Positions 53,112-64,000 of a stretch of DNA of 64,000 bases are shown here, piece by piece. Source of the DNA: Carcharhinus longimanus. Its lineage: Eukaryota. Where the stretch lies: NCBI GenBank assembly GCA_030264375.1, contig JASCQW010000001.1, forward strand, positions 81,563,275 through 81,627,274, read 5' to 3'. Under the pieces are notes generated by a model. The model searched no databases. It saw only the letters and a list, made by a program, of their open reading frames with translations, and was not told the DNA's origin. The number at the start of each line of letters is the position of its first letter. Position 1 is the first letter of the stretch. A program made the translations under genes and the position numbers.

Positions 53112-53339
53112 AATACACAAAAGGGCAGCGATAAGGGGATATTTGGAAAGAATCGCTGGAAAGAATATTTTCCAGCATTGGAGGTGGGGTTAAGGCTACG
53201 CCTGAGGAAAAGAAAATAGTTAATGTATTGAACTAATGTTCACCATCCTCACAACCTGGGTTAGTTCAAGGTCATAAAACATTATGAAATGGCATTCGTA
53301 TCCTCGAGTTTGCTACCTTAGTTCAAGTTTGAACTTGGA

Positions 53340-53595
53340 GGCCTGCCGCCTGCCCATCTCCTTACACGTCAGAAGGGTGGGCTGAGCTTTACAGATTGCT
53401 CAATTATTTCTCATACAGAAGCAGCAGGTCAAGTCAAACAAGCGCNNNNNNNNNNNNNNNNNNNNNNNNNNNNNNNNNNNNNNNNNNNNNNNNNNNNNNN
53501 NNNNNNNNNNNNNNNNNNNNNNNNNNNNNNNNNNNNNNNNNNNNNNNNNNNNNNNNNNNAATAGTCTCAGCTTTCCAAATCTGGTATTTCCACAC
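53340..53595 (+). promoter_or_regulatory. UGDH: UGDH putative promoter / non-coding exon 1 (interrupted by an N gap)
   Basis: Small CpG-containing patch with ACACGTCA (CRE/UPRE-like on the minus strand), ATTGCTCAAT (C/EBP-like) and donor CAC|GTAAGA at 53595|53596. The UGDH ATG exon has an acceptor 5 nt upstream of the ATG. Confidence 0.5.
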
Positions 53596-54211
53596 GTAAG
53601 ATTCTCTGTGCATGAGGAAATTTTACTGAACCTTCAGTAAATAGACCGGGGCCGCTGCTGTGAGTGGAACAGGCTGCGCTCCTCTCTGTGCACGCAATCC
53701 CTCTTCACTGCAGGAAATAAGTGGAGGAAAGTTTGTTTTTTTCTACATTAAAAGTATGATCCGCTTTTACAATCAAACCCATTCTCCTCGCTTTTAAATT
53801 TAGTATACCTCCCACCTTCAGTAATGTTACCATTCACTCCTTTAAAGCCTTTCGAAATTCATAGTTTTTTTGGCAGAGTTTGGGTTTAACAATTATAACC
53901 CGTTATCATGGATTTTTCTGATGGATGAGGGTGGTGCACACCCAGACACAAATTATTTGAATCTTGCATCACAGAATGCTGAAGAGCTACCCGTAATATC
54001 ATAATCTGCAAATGAGTCTTCATCAAATGTATGTCCAGTTTCCTTTGGAAAGTTCCTGTGAGAGATAATCAGCAATTGATTAGGAAGTTTGTTTGAATGT
54101 ATTGCAGGGGGAATGGAATATAAATGTAGGGAAGCTTAATTGCAGCTGTGCAGGGCCTTGGTGACACCATATCTGGAATACTGTGCAGTTTTGGTCTCCC
54201 TCGTAAATCCC

Positions 54212-54518
54212 GGATAGCATCCCTTCAGTGCAGAAGGAGGCTATTCAGCCCATCGAGTCTGCACAGACCACAATCCTACCCAGGCCCTATTCCCGTAACC
54301 CCATATTTTTACCCGGCTAATCCCCCAACACTAGGGTCAATTTAGCATGGCCAATCAACCTAACCCATCTTTGGACTGTGGAAGGAAACTGGACCACCCA
54401 GAGGAAACCCATGCAGACACAGGGAGAACGTGTAAACTCCACACAGTGACCCAAGGTTGGAATTGAACTCAGGTCCCTGGCACTGTGAGACAGCAGTGCT
54501 AACCACTATGCCACCATC
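54212..54518 (-). mobile_element. V-domain SINE inserted in a CR1 fragment (54060-54700)
   Basis: tRNA head, V-core and CR1-type tail. The flanks read LEYCAVWSP / DVIALEAVQRRF. Confidence 0.85.
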
Positions 54519-55176
54519 ATGCCCTCCTTATTTGAAAACAAAGATGTAATTGCATTGGAAGCAGTTCAGAGAAGGTTCATTCTTCTCCTTGGAATGAGAG
54601 GCTTATCCTATGAAGAAAGGTTGAATGGGTTGGACCTATACCATTNNNNNNNNNNGGCCTATGCACATTTGAGTTCAGAAGAACGAGAGTTTATCTTATT
54701 AAATCTCCACCTCATGTCTTATACATTGTCAGATGAGGAGTTTATTATAACCTTGTCTTGATTTTACAAATACATCCTGGTATCTTGTAGCAACAAAAAG
54801 AAGAAAATATCCCTGTTTTTGTTTATGAATGTGCTTCATGTTCACTGGACAAGAGAGCTCTGTACTTTTCCTTGCACTTTGTTCCTATTAGGGGAGGCCT
54901 TTCTAAATTTTTTTTCTTTGAATGTGGACATTGTTGGCTTGGCCAGCCTTTGTTGTGCATCTCTAATTGTCCTTGAGCTGTCTTTTTGAACCAAGGTCAT
55001 CCACATGGTGTATCTACACCCACAGTGCTGTTAGGAGGAGAAAACTTATGGAGGAAAGTTAGTTAACACCTGGGCTATAGGCAATGGTAAATTCCTGATT
55101 CAAGAAGCATTTCTAATTACAGAATCAAAAGATCTAATGTATGCACTGACTTTATTTATCTTTTTCCATAGATATC

Positions 55177-55338
55177 ATGTTTGAAATTAAGAAGATCTGC
55201 TGCATTGGTGCAGGATATGTTGGTGGGCCAACATGCAGTATTATTGCTCACATGTGTCCTGAGATTTGTGTTTCAGTTGTAGACATTAACCACGCAAGAA
55301 TAGAGGCCTGGAATTCAAACACCCTTCCAATTTATGAG
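55177..55338 (+). CDS. UGDH: UGDH coding exon 1 (aa 1-54, [20 protein letters not shown]...PIYE)
   Basis: Rossmann GAGYVG motif and near-identity to the vertebrate UGDH N-terminus. Acceptor CATAG at 55171, donor GAG|GTTCAT. Confidence 0.98.
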
Positions 55339-55427
55339 GTTCATCATTGAAATATTTATCCATTTTATTGACAACCCTTTTGTGTGTTTGTCATTCTGTT
55401 AGTGTACAATTATAGTTTTTTTTTCAG

Positions 55428-55529
55428 CCTGGTTTGAAGGAAGTGGTAGAGTCATGCAGAGGAAAGAACCTTTTTTTTCTGACTGACATTGATGCTGCCA
55501 TTCGAGAAGCTGACCTTATATTTATTTCG
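55428..55529 (+). CDS. UGDH: UGDH coding exon 2 (aa 55-88, [17 protein letters not shown]...IFIS)
   Basis: Follows an 89-bp intron. TTTTCAG acceptor and TCG|GTAACT donor. Confidence 0.97.
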
Positions 55530-56844
55530 GTAACTTTTTCACTCAATATCCTCCACTGCTTTCCTGAATGTAATTTTTCTTGCAATTGTACAGTCAATTC
55601 ATGTGTAAACTCTTTCACTGAGTGCTAGCTGGCAATGCAATCATGGAGGGAATCACTACTCATCCATATTCCATTCTCAGCCACCATTCACAACACGTTT
55701 GCATTTTAGCAGGTTCACTAGATCGCATTTGTGGATGGAAGTCCATACTGTTGTTCCTTTCTCACCTCAGTAGGGACCTTGAGCAGTGAAAGATCAGTGG
55801 ATTGTGCAGGCTCAATAGATCTTCGAGTTTAGCATCAGCCTTGGGGGGAGTTCACCCTTGAGGTGCATTTGGCATTAAGTTATATCTGAGGTGTTAAATC
55901 ACTAAGATGGTACGCATACTCCAGGATGCAGCTACCTGACCAGCAGAGCAACTTGGTGACGAAGGAAACCGAGACAATATCCGTCAGGACAGAGTGGCTC
56001 CCTGAGAATGTTGCATGTTAAATGGGTATTCAAGTACTGAATACCAGTGACAATAGCAACAACACGGATGAGAGCAGCCATAAATAAGGCCATAAAATTG
56101 TAGGGAAAATGATTGTCAAAGGAGAAGATATACACACTTTTGTAGAAGAATATCTAGAAGTTATGTTTCACATTGGGACAAATGACATTGGGAGTGAGTA
56201 AAACTGAGATACTGCAGGAATTAGGAGATAAGGAGCAGGACCTTAAGTGTAGAAGTCTCAAATATAATCCTGGTGTCATGCAATATTCAGCACAAAGAGC
56301 ACAACTGGAGAGTTGATGTAGGTGTAAAGGGCTCAAATTCCTGGGGTATTGAGACAAAATCTGGATCATAAGTGGTTTGTATAGGATCACTGGCCTTCAG
56401 TGTCCTCATTGATGGAGTAACGAGTGCTGTGGGAGGGGCTTAAACTAATAAGGCAGGATGGAGGAAGCATTAAAAAAAAAGCAGAGGGATAGGAAAGATA
56501 CAAGAGAAAACAGCGAAGGCACAAAATCAGATCAGGAGGCTGAGGGATTTAAAAGGGTGAGGCAATCAAACAGACAGGCAGCTTTGATTTGTAACTGAAT
56601 AGAGTTATGAATAAAGTTGGTGAACAATAGGCCCAAATTAATTGCTATGGGTAGGTACATAAAATAACATTAAGAGATATGTGGCTTGGATTAGCATTGA
56701 ACTGGCACCAGAGCATTTTTATTGCAAAATATTTAGGAGAAATAAGTATGAAAAAAGGAAGGTGTGGTACTGTCAATCAAACATTCTATTACCATTACAG
56801 TGCTAGGACGTGGGAAAACTATAGATGCAGGAGTACAATATATT

Positions 56845-57123
56845 TGTTTAGTTTATTTATTAGTGTCACAGGAAGGCTTACATTAACACCGTGAAAAACT
56901 CTGGCACCTGTTCGGGTATGCAGAGGGAGAATTTAGCGTGGACAATGCACCTAATCAGCACGTCTTTCAGACTGTGGGAGGAAACTGGAGCACCTGGTGG
57001 AAACCCACACAGACCCAGGGAGAATGTACGGACTTCACACAGACAGTAACCCAGGCCGGGAATTGAACCCAGCACTCTGGCGCAGTGAAGGAATAGTACT
57101 AACCACTATGTCACTGTGCCACT
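56845..57123 (-). mobile_element. V-domain SINE with an alternative (Rex1-like) tail
   Basis: tRNA head, V-core and tail TTTTCACGGTGTTAATGTAAGCCTTCCTGTGACACTAATAAAT. Confidence 0.85.
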
Positions 57124-57479
57124 CCATTTGATGAAAAAGTAGGAATAAAAAGGGAAATTGATTATTCTTTTGGGAGTATGTATTAGACTACAGGTAAAAA
57201 GCGTACTGATTTGTTTGTAAGTCAGCTTTAATTGGCCAATATGGAGAAAGTAATGGAGAACTATAGCTCCCCATATTCCTGTGTAATTCAAAAATGACCA
57301 AGGTTTGGACATATCCCTTTTACTTGCAGAGAATGGAATCCCTACTTATGTTGTTTATAGCAAGGGTAAATGAGTCACATTATGAGCTTGACTAATTACC
57401 TTAGTGATTATCTTAAATTGATTGTTAATGTAGCTATTAGCATACTCACTATTGTTCAGCAAGTGCATCTAACAGATGT

Positions 57480-58005
57480 AACAGAATTACATTTAACAGC
57501 ACACATTTTGTCTTGCATTTTGCAAACTTGGGTTGGTTGAGTATGGTCTGTACTCTGCCTGTTATGAACAACCAAAGGAGCATGTGGTTTGATTTGATCA
57601 GCCAATTGCTGGCCTGTATGGCCTATTTGGCTGGCATAAGACTTACACTGAAATTTATACACAATGTTGCTCAATTGTTTGGTAGGCAGGACATCTTTTT
57701 GGACTGATGGGAGTATTCAGTTGTTGGAAAATACACAAAATAGCTAGAAGTACATTTATACAAAGGGACTCGTTCTCTGCAAACAAAGGGAATGGGTTCA
57801 TGCCTTGCACGTTTTTTGAATTATGGGAGCTTGCGTAGTCTATAGTTTCACTTTGCTTTCTTCATGGCAATGCATCAGCCAATTCAAGCCAACTTGAAAA
57901 CTAATCAGTATCCTTTTGTTCAGTGGTATAAATTGTTGAGAACATTTGAAATTTGGTATTGCATTTGTCAAAAAGCTTCAACAATATGACTCTCCTTTCA
58001 ACAGT
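57480..58005. mobile_element. Penelope-like GIY-YIG remnant (internally inverted)
   Basis: Minus strand LSNIVYKFQCKSYASQIGHTGQQLADQIKPHAP; then plus strand LEVHLY..GLVLCKQRE and a terminal repeat ending AAAAGCTTCAAC. Confidence 0.75.
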
Positions 58006-58239
58006 AAACAAAGACAATAAATCTTACAATAAATCTGTGGGCCGAAGGGCCTGTTCTGCGCTGTAATGTTCTATGTTCTATAAATAAAAACTCTAAGCCA
58101 AGATGTGGCACCTAATAATCCTACAAGATATTATCAAATAAAACACTGAAGTAAAATATGTCAGAAACAAGAAAGAAACATTTTAGTTAGATTAAAATTG
58201 ATTGAAAGATTATGCACATCTTGACGTTCATAGATCTGA

Positions 58240-58652
58240 GTCGACTGTGGCTCAGGTCGCAGTCTTGCTTCTGAGCCACAAGGTCCGAGCTCAATTGCAA
58301 CCCAAGACTTCAATACAATATCAAGCCTGACACTCCAGTATGATACTGAGGGAGTACTACACCAGAGATAGTGTTTTTCAGGTGAGATGCCTACCTCTCT
58401 CCAGTGGATGAAAAAGACCCCAGAGCACTATTTGAAGAAGTGCAGGAGACTTATCCCCAATATCCTGGACAATATTTATCCCTTTTAATAACAAAGAAAA
58501 CAGATTATCTAGACAGTTTTCACATTGCTGTTAGTGAGAGCTTGCTGTGTGCAAATTGGTTGCCACATTTTCTACATTGCAACAATGACCACACTTGGAA
58601 AATACCCCATTGACTGTGAAAAGTACTCAACAAATGTCTTTCTTTTTTTTTC
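58240..58652 (+). mobile_element. Deu-domain SINE (AmnSINE1/SacSINE1-like)
   Basis: tRNA-like head, Deu core (GATGAAAAAGACCCCAGAGCACTATTTGAAGAAG...GCTTGCTGTGTGCAAATTGG) and T/C-rich tail. Confidence 0.78.
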
Positions 58653-58701
58653 CGCTTACAGGAAAAGTCCTAACCATGAATATTCTGCTTACGTTGAATA
58701 G

Positions 58702-58902
58702 GTGAACACGCCTACTAAAATGTATGGAATGGGTAAAGGTCGAGCTGCAGATTTGAAATACATTGAATCCTGTGCCCGGAGAATAGTGGCAGTCTCAAAC
58801 GGACACAAAATAGTTACAGAGAAAAGCACTGTGCCTGTGCGCGCAGCTGAGAGCATTCGTAGAATATTCCATTCAAACAAAAAGCCAAACTTGTTTCTAC
58901 AG
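58702..58902 (+). CDS. UGDH: UGDH coding exon 3 (aa 89-155, VNTPTK...EKSTVPV...FLQ)
   Basis: Contains VNTP and KSTVP (Thr131 loop). AG/GT boundaries, phase 0. Confidence 0.98.
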
Positions 58903-59152
58903 GTGAATTCAAGCAACTCAAGAATCATTGCGCTTATTTGTAAGCAAAGGAGCCTTGCAGTCTACTTACTAAGTAACAGTAAAAAATTAACTAATGTATA
59001 CATCAGCGGTAGTGGGCTATTTCCTCTCTGCACTAAGCATATTAACAGTGCAAATATGCAATACAGTCAATCCTCACTCTCGCACCTACTTTTTGGCCAG
59101 TTGACTTTCACATTTCACAATGAACCTGACCAAAGATATATTTACAATGTAG

Positions 59153-59350
59153 GTGCTATCAAATCCTGAATTCCTGGCTGAAGGAACGGCTATTAATGAT
59201 CTGAAGAACCCAGATCGAGTGCTGATTGGCGGAGATGAAACACCAGAGGGTCAGGAGGCAATTCAAGCACTCTGTGCTGTGTATGAGCGTTGGGTACCAA
59301 AAGACAAAATCATCACGACTAACACGTGGTCCTCGGAGCTTTCCAAATTG
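59153..59350 (+). CDS. UGDH: UGDH coding exon 4 (aa 156-221, [11 protein letters not shown]...SSELSKL)
   Basis: NPEFLAEG motif (Glu161) and Lys220. AG/GT boundaries. Confidence 0.98.
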
Positions 59351-59617
59351 GTACGTTGCTTTCAATTTTATGACAAGCTGCTTTCAAATTTTGTCAGATA
59401 ACAGTCCAGTGAAGTGTATTATGCTAAAGGTTCGGTATATATCCAAGCTGTTTTTGTTGTTGTATGTCATTCCTTTTGAATATAATTTCATTCATTTACA
59501 ATTTCATTTTGGTAAAAACTTTATAACTTGTACTGACATATAAGTCACACTGCTGCGTAAAGTGGCAATGTTTACACCAGAGCTTGCAGTCTTTTCATTC
59601 AATTAAATGTTCATTTT

Positions 59618-59822
59618 GTAGAATAGAATCCCTACAGTGCAGAAGGAGGCCATTCAGCCCATCAAGTCTATAGACTGTGGAGGAAACCGGAGCACCCAGA
59701 GGAAATCCATGCAGACACAGGGAGAATGTGCAAACTCCACACAGACGGTGACCCAAGCTGGGAATGCAGCAGATTCCTGGCACTGTGAGGCAGCAGAGCT
59801 AATCACTGTGCCACCGTGCTGT
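59618..59822 (-). mobile_element. V-domain SINE, internally deleted
   Basis: Head and V-core are joined directly to the CR1-type tail. Confidence 0.85.
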
Positions 59823-60349
59823 CATTGTCTGAAATGAAGAAGTATTTTTGTTTTTTTTGATTTACACAATAGTCTCATTGCCAAATACGGTAATGGAATT
59901 TATGAGAATGTTTGCATTATGCTTCTAATAGAACTTTAAAATGCATTTGTGTTTCTGTTTATGAAACATTGCTTGAGTTGCACTTGCCAGTAAAATATTA
60001 GCCACACTCCAAAGTAATTTATTGTTTTTGAAGTACTTTGAGACATCCCAAGGACACGAAGGACACAAAATAATGTAAATTGTTTCTTTCCTTTTTTCAG
60101 TAAGGTCCCTTTTTGGCAAGGAAGAGCCAGAGCATTGAAGGTCTTTGTAGGTTCTTTCTCTGATGTAGTGTATCAGCCTCCTTGCTCTGTAGCATGTCCA
60201 GAAACTAGATGGCCTGTAAGCTTCATCAAAGAGAACTGCATACAACCTGTCCATGACAATGTATAGCCTCAGCATCACCTCTGGTAACTTGGCAGAATGC
60301 AATGGCCATTTATCAGCATATTTATTTATTTATTTTCTTTTATTATTAG

Positions 60350-60499
<150 letters not shown>

Positions 60500-60755
60500 T
60501 AGTAATTTGTTTTTATAACTCAGAGATTTGTTATAAGGTGTTGAGCATAGTTCAGTAGGTCTTAAAGTAGTCTTAGATAGTTGAACAGTAAGTATTTATT
60601 ACCTACTGGAAACTATGTACTCTGGTACAGTAAAGATCCAAGCTAGGAGCTGTCTCCATGTTTGTTTCTACACATAGCTCTGTCTGATCCTAACATGAAG
60701 GCCATGTGTTCTCTTACATCACTATGTGGGAGATATTGCACTGAATCCCACATAA

Positions 60756-60959
<204 letters not shown>

Positions 60960-61605
60960 TGAGATACGTCACAGAAATTATATCCTGAACTTGGCACTCA
61001 GCAACTATTTTTGATATGAACAACAATTTCAACTGACAAATTATTCATTCAGCAAAATATATTATTCAGGATTTTGATTTCTTTATTAATTTAAGTTCAA
61101 ATGAGTGTTTTCAAATTAAACAAATTCACAGTGGACGGTGTCAGCACTGTTTCTTGGAATAGGTATCCATGATGATTCTGTCCAATTCTGGTTTTCTAAA
61201 TGTCCTGCTGCTACTTATTTAATAATGGATTCTAGCATTATTCCAATGACAGTTGTCAGGCCGATAGTTAGTTTCCTGCTTTTGTCTCCCTCCTTTCTTG
61301 AAAGAGAAACTACCAGCTACATATTAATTTTTTCCATGGTTAATTCTGCAAGGTATACAGATTTCACTGTGCTCAGGGAAACATTCAGCAGGTGGCTGTA
61401 TGTAATGTAAAATGAGGGAAACTGAATTAATGTCACTGTATCAATGGGTTTTATTTTATGAAATCTTTTCTTGGTTGCTTTGTGTTAAGTTGTATTAACT
61501 AATATTCACCTGAAAAATGAAAACAAAAGCATTGAAAGAATGTCTGATGTATTTTTCTAGATCACACTTAGATCATTCTATCATTTAAAGTTTGATTTCT
61601 TTTAG

Positions 61606-61736
61606 GTGATTGACATGAATGAATATCAGCGGAGGAGATTTGCTTCCCGCATTATTGGCTGCCTCTTCAATACTGTGACAGGCAAAAAGATAGCTCTTTT
61701 AGGATTTGCTTTCAAAAAGGATACTGGAGACACCCG
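61606..61736 (+). CDS. UGDH: UGDH coding exon 7 (aa 303-346, [12 protein letters not shown]...[12 protein letters not shown]); gene continues beyond window
   Basis: [11 protein letters not shown] motif. TTTTAG acceptor, CCG|GTAATT donor, phase 2. The next exon (ESSS...) was not found before 64000. Confidence 0.97.
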
Positions 61737-62004
61737 GTAATTTTATAATTCTGATATGCTTCAGTTTTTCTGTGATAATATATAGCTGTATGTGTTGTGC
61801 TGTAATGCTGAAAACAATTCTTATGACATTTTTTGTGGAAAAATATTTCAACTGTATTCTCGAAATAGTATCCACCAAGTAGGAATTTCTATCTTTAACT
61901 GAAATCAATGTGGCAAAGTCTAATAAAAAGAACATTTATTTCCGAGCACCTTATGAATTAATTGTAGAACTAAAGAATGTCCATGCAACTGGTGTTTTTT
62001 GCTC

Positions 62005-62412
62005 AAGAAAGGAGGAAGAAAGAAAGCAGGGAACTAACTACANNNNNNNNNNNNNNNNNNNNNNNNNNNNNNNNNNNNNNNNNNNNNNNNNNNNNNNNNN
62101 NNNNNNNNNNNNNNNNNNNNNNNNNNNNNNNNNNNNNNNNNNNNNNNNNNNNNNNNNNNNNAACAAGGAGGGTGGATAAAAGAGAACCAGTAGATGTAGT
62201 GTATTTGGATTTCCAAAATGCATTTAATAAGGTACTACATAAAAGATAACAACACAAAAGTTCGGGTGTTAGGGATGATATATTAGTTTGAATAAAAGAT
62301 TGGCCAACAAATAGGAAAAAGAGAGTTAGGATGAATGGAGCAGTGGGGAATGGTGAAGCAGGTTTGAGGGGCCAAATGGTCTATTCCTGCTCCTAGTTTG
62401 TATGTTTCTATG
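62005..62412 (+). mobile_element. CR1-type LINE fragment (gap, internal deletion)
   Basis: TRRVDKREPVDVVYLDFQNAFNKVLHKR. Confidence 0.85.
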
Positions 62413-63394
62413 GACCTTAAATCATATTAATAATCTGTACATTATTAATTTATTCAGTAGGTCTTTATGATTCTTAATGACTAGCTTTCTATATAATTGA
62501 TAAAAACATTTTCTCTGTTTTGACCGTTAGGACAAATACCTTTGCTTATATGTGTGATTTAAATGTGTGATTTATATGTGTGATATAAATGGATTGTTCT
62601 TAGCAACTATTTTGGCCTAGTTTGTGGATAGGTTTTTAGAAGGGAGGAGGGGATGTGTGAGTGTTTATCACGCTTATCCCCCAGTCTCAGGATTCACTCT
62701 CACAATCTGTCACATTGACTCGCACTCATGCCAAACCATTAAAAAACCAGTCAGCAAGGTCCCAACCCAGGGCCACACAATTGCGAGGCAATTTATTTTT
62801 GATTCTGGTTTTATTTTTGTTTTGAAATAGTGAGAATATGGCCAGTTCAAATTTAATTATTTTGAAATGAGTTAGATAATTGAACTAGAAACAGTTAGTG
62901 TGGAAAAAAATAGCACATTATTGTAGGTGAATTGATTGGTGCTAATTTTCTTCAAGATTTTGTCATCTTTAAACTTGGAAGTGGAACCAGGCATCACATG
63001 CCAATAGAATATTATACTGTTAATTCAAGATATTCTCTTTCTTATCACATCAATGTGGGATTGATATTTGTGGTGGTTGTGAAGTTCAGGTCTGTTGGTT
63101 GTTGCTGTCTGGAAGATTCAAAGGGTCAGGTTTAAAGAAACAGCACTAGTTGGGTAATTTGGATGACTAGTTTGTGTGCAATTGTCCTACTAAGGCAATG
63201 GTTGTAAAGTGTACTGTACAGATATATTAGTTTGCTAATCAGCCTTATAAACGGAGGCATAAACTCCAAAAAGTGAAGAAGATTTGCTCAACCTATATGA
63301 AACAGTTCAATCTCACTGTGACTATGGTTCTCAATTCTGAACACCCAAAGAATGTGAGAAGGGTGAAGTGGGGAGAAGAGGCCTGAAGATGAGG

Positions 63395-63680
63395 GAGAAA
63401 TTCTATGGCCCATGATCCCTCTGGAATACTATTTTTAAATTCTTCCATTTAATAACATTTCTTTCACATTTTTAAAAGTCTTCATTGATCGAGCCATCAT
63501 TTCTTTCTCCTTGGTAAATTCCGTAAATATTTGAGTCTGTCTTTTCCTCAAAGTCCAAAAATTTAATCTATGAGCTCTGGAATTCACTGGCGCATTAAGC
63601 ACAACAGTCTTAGCCATTTTGTAATCGGAAGACTCTTCATCTCTAAGATTTGAATAGACATCCAATGCTTTTCCTACTAT
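63395..63680 (-). mobile_element. Gypsy (Gmr1-like) gag remnant with SCAN-like region
   Basis: GKALDVYSNLRDEESSDYKMAKTVVLNA...AHRLNFWTLRK..TQIFTEFTKEKE...VKEMLL resembles GKA..VY..L..E...DY..VK.A.L.AY....E.YRQ.FR...K...Q...EF..EKE...ILLEEF. Confidence 0.7.
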
Positions 63681-63759
63681 TTATGTGACCAGGCAAGAGG
63701 ATGAACAAGGGCACAGCTCTTAAGAGGATGTCATCAGAGCCTTTGACTCATATTTTAAG

Positions 63760-63858
63760 GGAGCATGGTGGCACAATGGTTGGCACTGTTGTCTCACAGT
63801 GCCAGGGACCAGGGTTCGATTCCCGGCTTGGGTCACTGACTGTGTGGAGTCTGCAAAC
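63760..63858 (+). mobile_element. V-SINE 5' part (tRNA head)
   Basis: A box TGGCACAATGG and B box GGTTCGATTCC; truncated in the V-core. Confidence 0.8.
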
Positions 63859-64000
63859 ATATGTAGTTGAGATATTGACAACTTATTGGAGGAAAACTTG
63901 TGGAAGAAAAGGCCGACATAAGAGACAACACAGCTTGAGTTAGCTAGGATTCAGTTGCAAATGATACGACTTGAATTAAAATTCCAGAAGGGAAAAAGGA

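Noticed and set aside
55470-55481. T-run in UGDH coding exon 2 giving FFLTD where human has FFSTN
   Set aside because: The exon is 102 nt and in frame, so this is a substitution and not evidence of frameshifting or pseudogenisation.
58903-59152. ORF extension through the UGDH intron (58702-59169 ORF)
   Set aside because: Similarity to UGDH stops at a canonical donor. The 250-nt intron is not a multiple of 3, so retention would frameshift.
59925-60302. 125-aa antisense ORF in a UGDH intron
   Set aside because: No recognisable motif, and its 3' part overlaps a Deu-SINE tail remnant.
62548-62592. 13-bp tandem repeat, about three copies (ATGTGTGATTTAW)
   Set aside because: Ordinary minisatellite with no spacers, so not CRISPR-like.

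Overview
Vertebrate genomic DNA, most likely a shark or other elasmobranch. That assignment is inferred from HE1/V-type SINEs, Deu-domain SINEs and CR1/HER1-type, Rex1-type and Penelope-type retroelements. The assembly is a gapped short-read draft. Two intron-containing genes lie in tandem on the + strand. SMIM14 has a CpG-island promoter at about 20.4-21.5 kb, a non-coding exon 1, four coding exons (26463-46813, 103 aa) and a long repeat-poor 3' UTR. UGDH (UDP-glucose 6-dehydrogenase) has a putative non-coding exon 1 near 53.4-53.6 kb and coding exons for residues 1-346 at 55177-61736, and continues past the window. The rest is nested transposon debris: a decayed two-gene Harbinger/PIF transposon, a tRNA-headed LINE, a solo LTR, Penelope remnants, MITEs, a SCAN-type gag fragment, and many LINE and SINE pieces. 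The most notable unannotated signal is three unrelated families of short repeats, several TSD-flanked and palindromic, that carry minimal hammerhead-ribozyme cores (CUGANGA...GAAA...UH). Repeat family names come from my recall of consensus sequences, not from a database search, and repeat boundaries are approximate.
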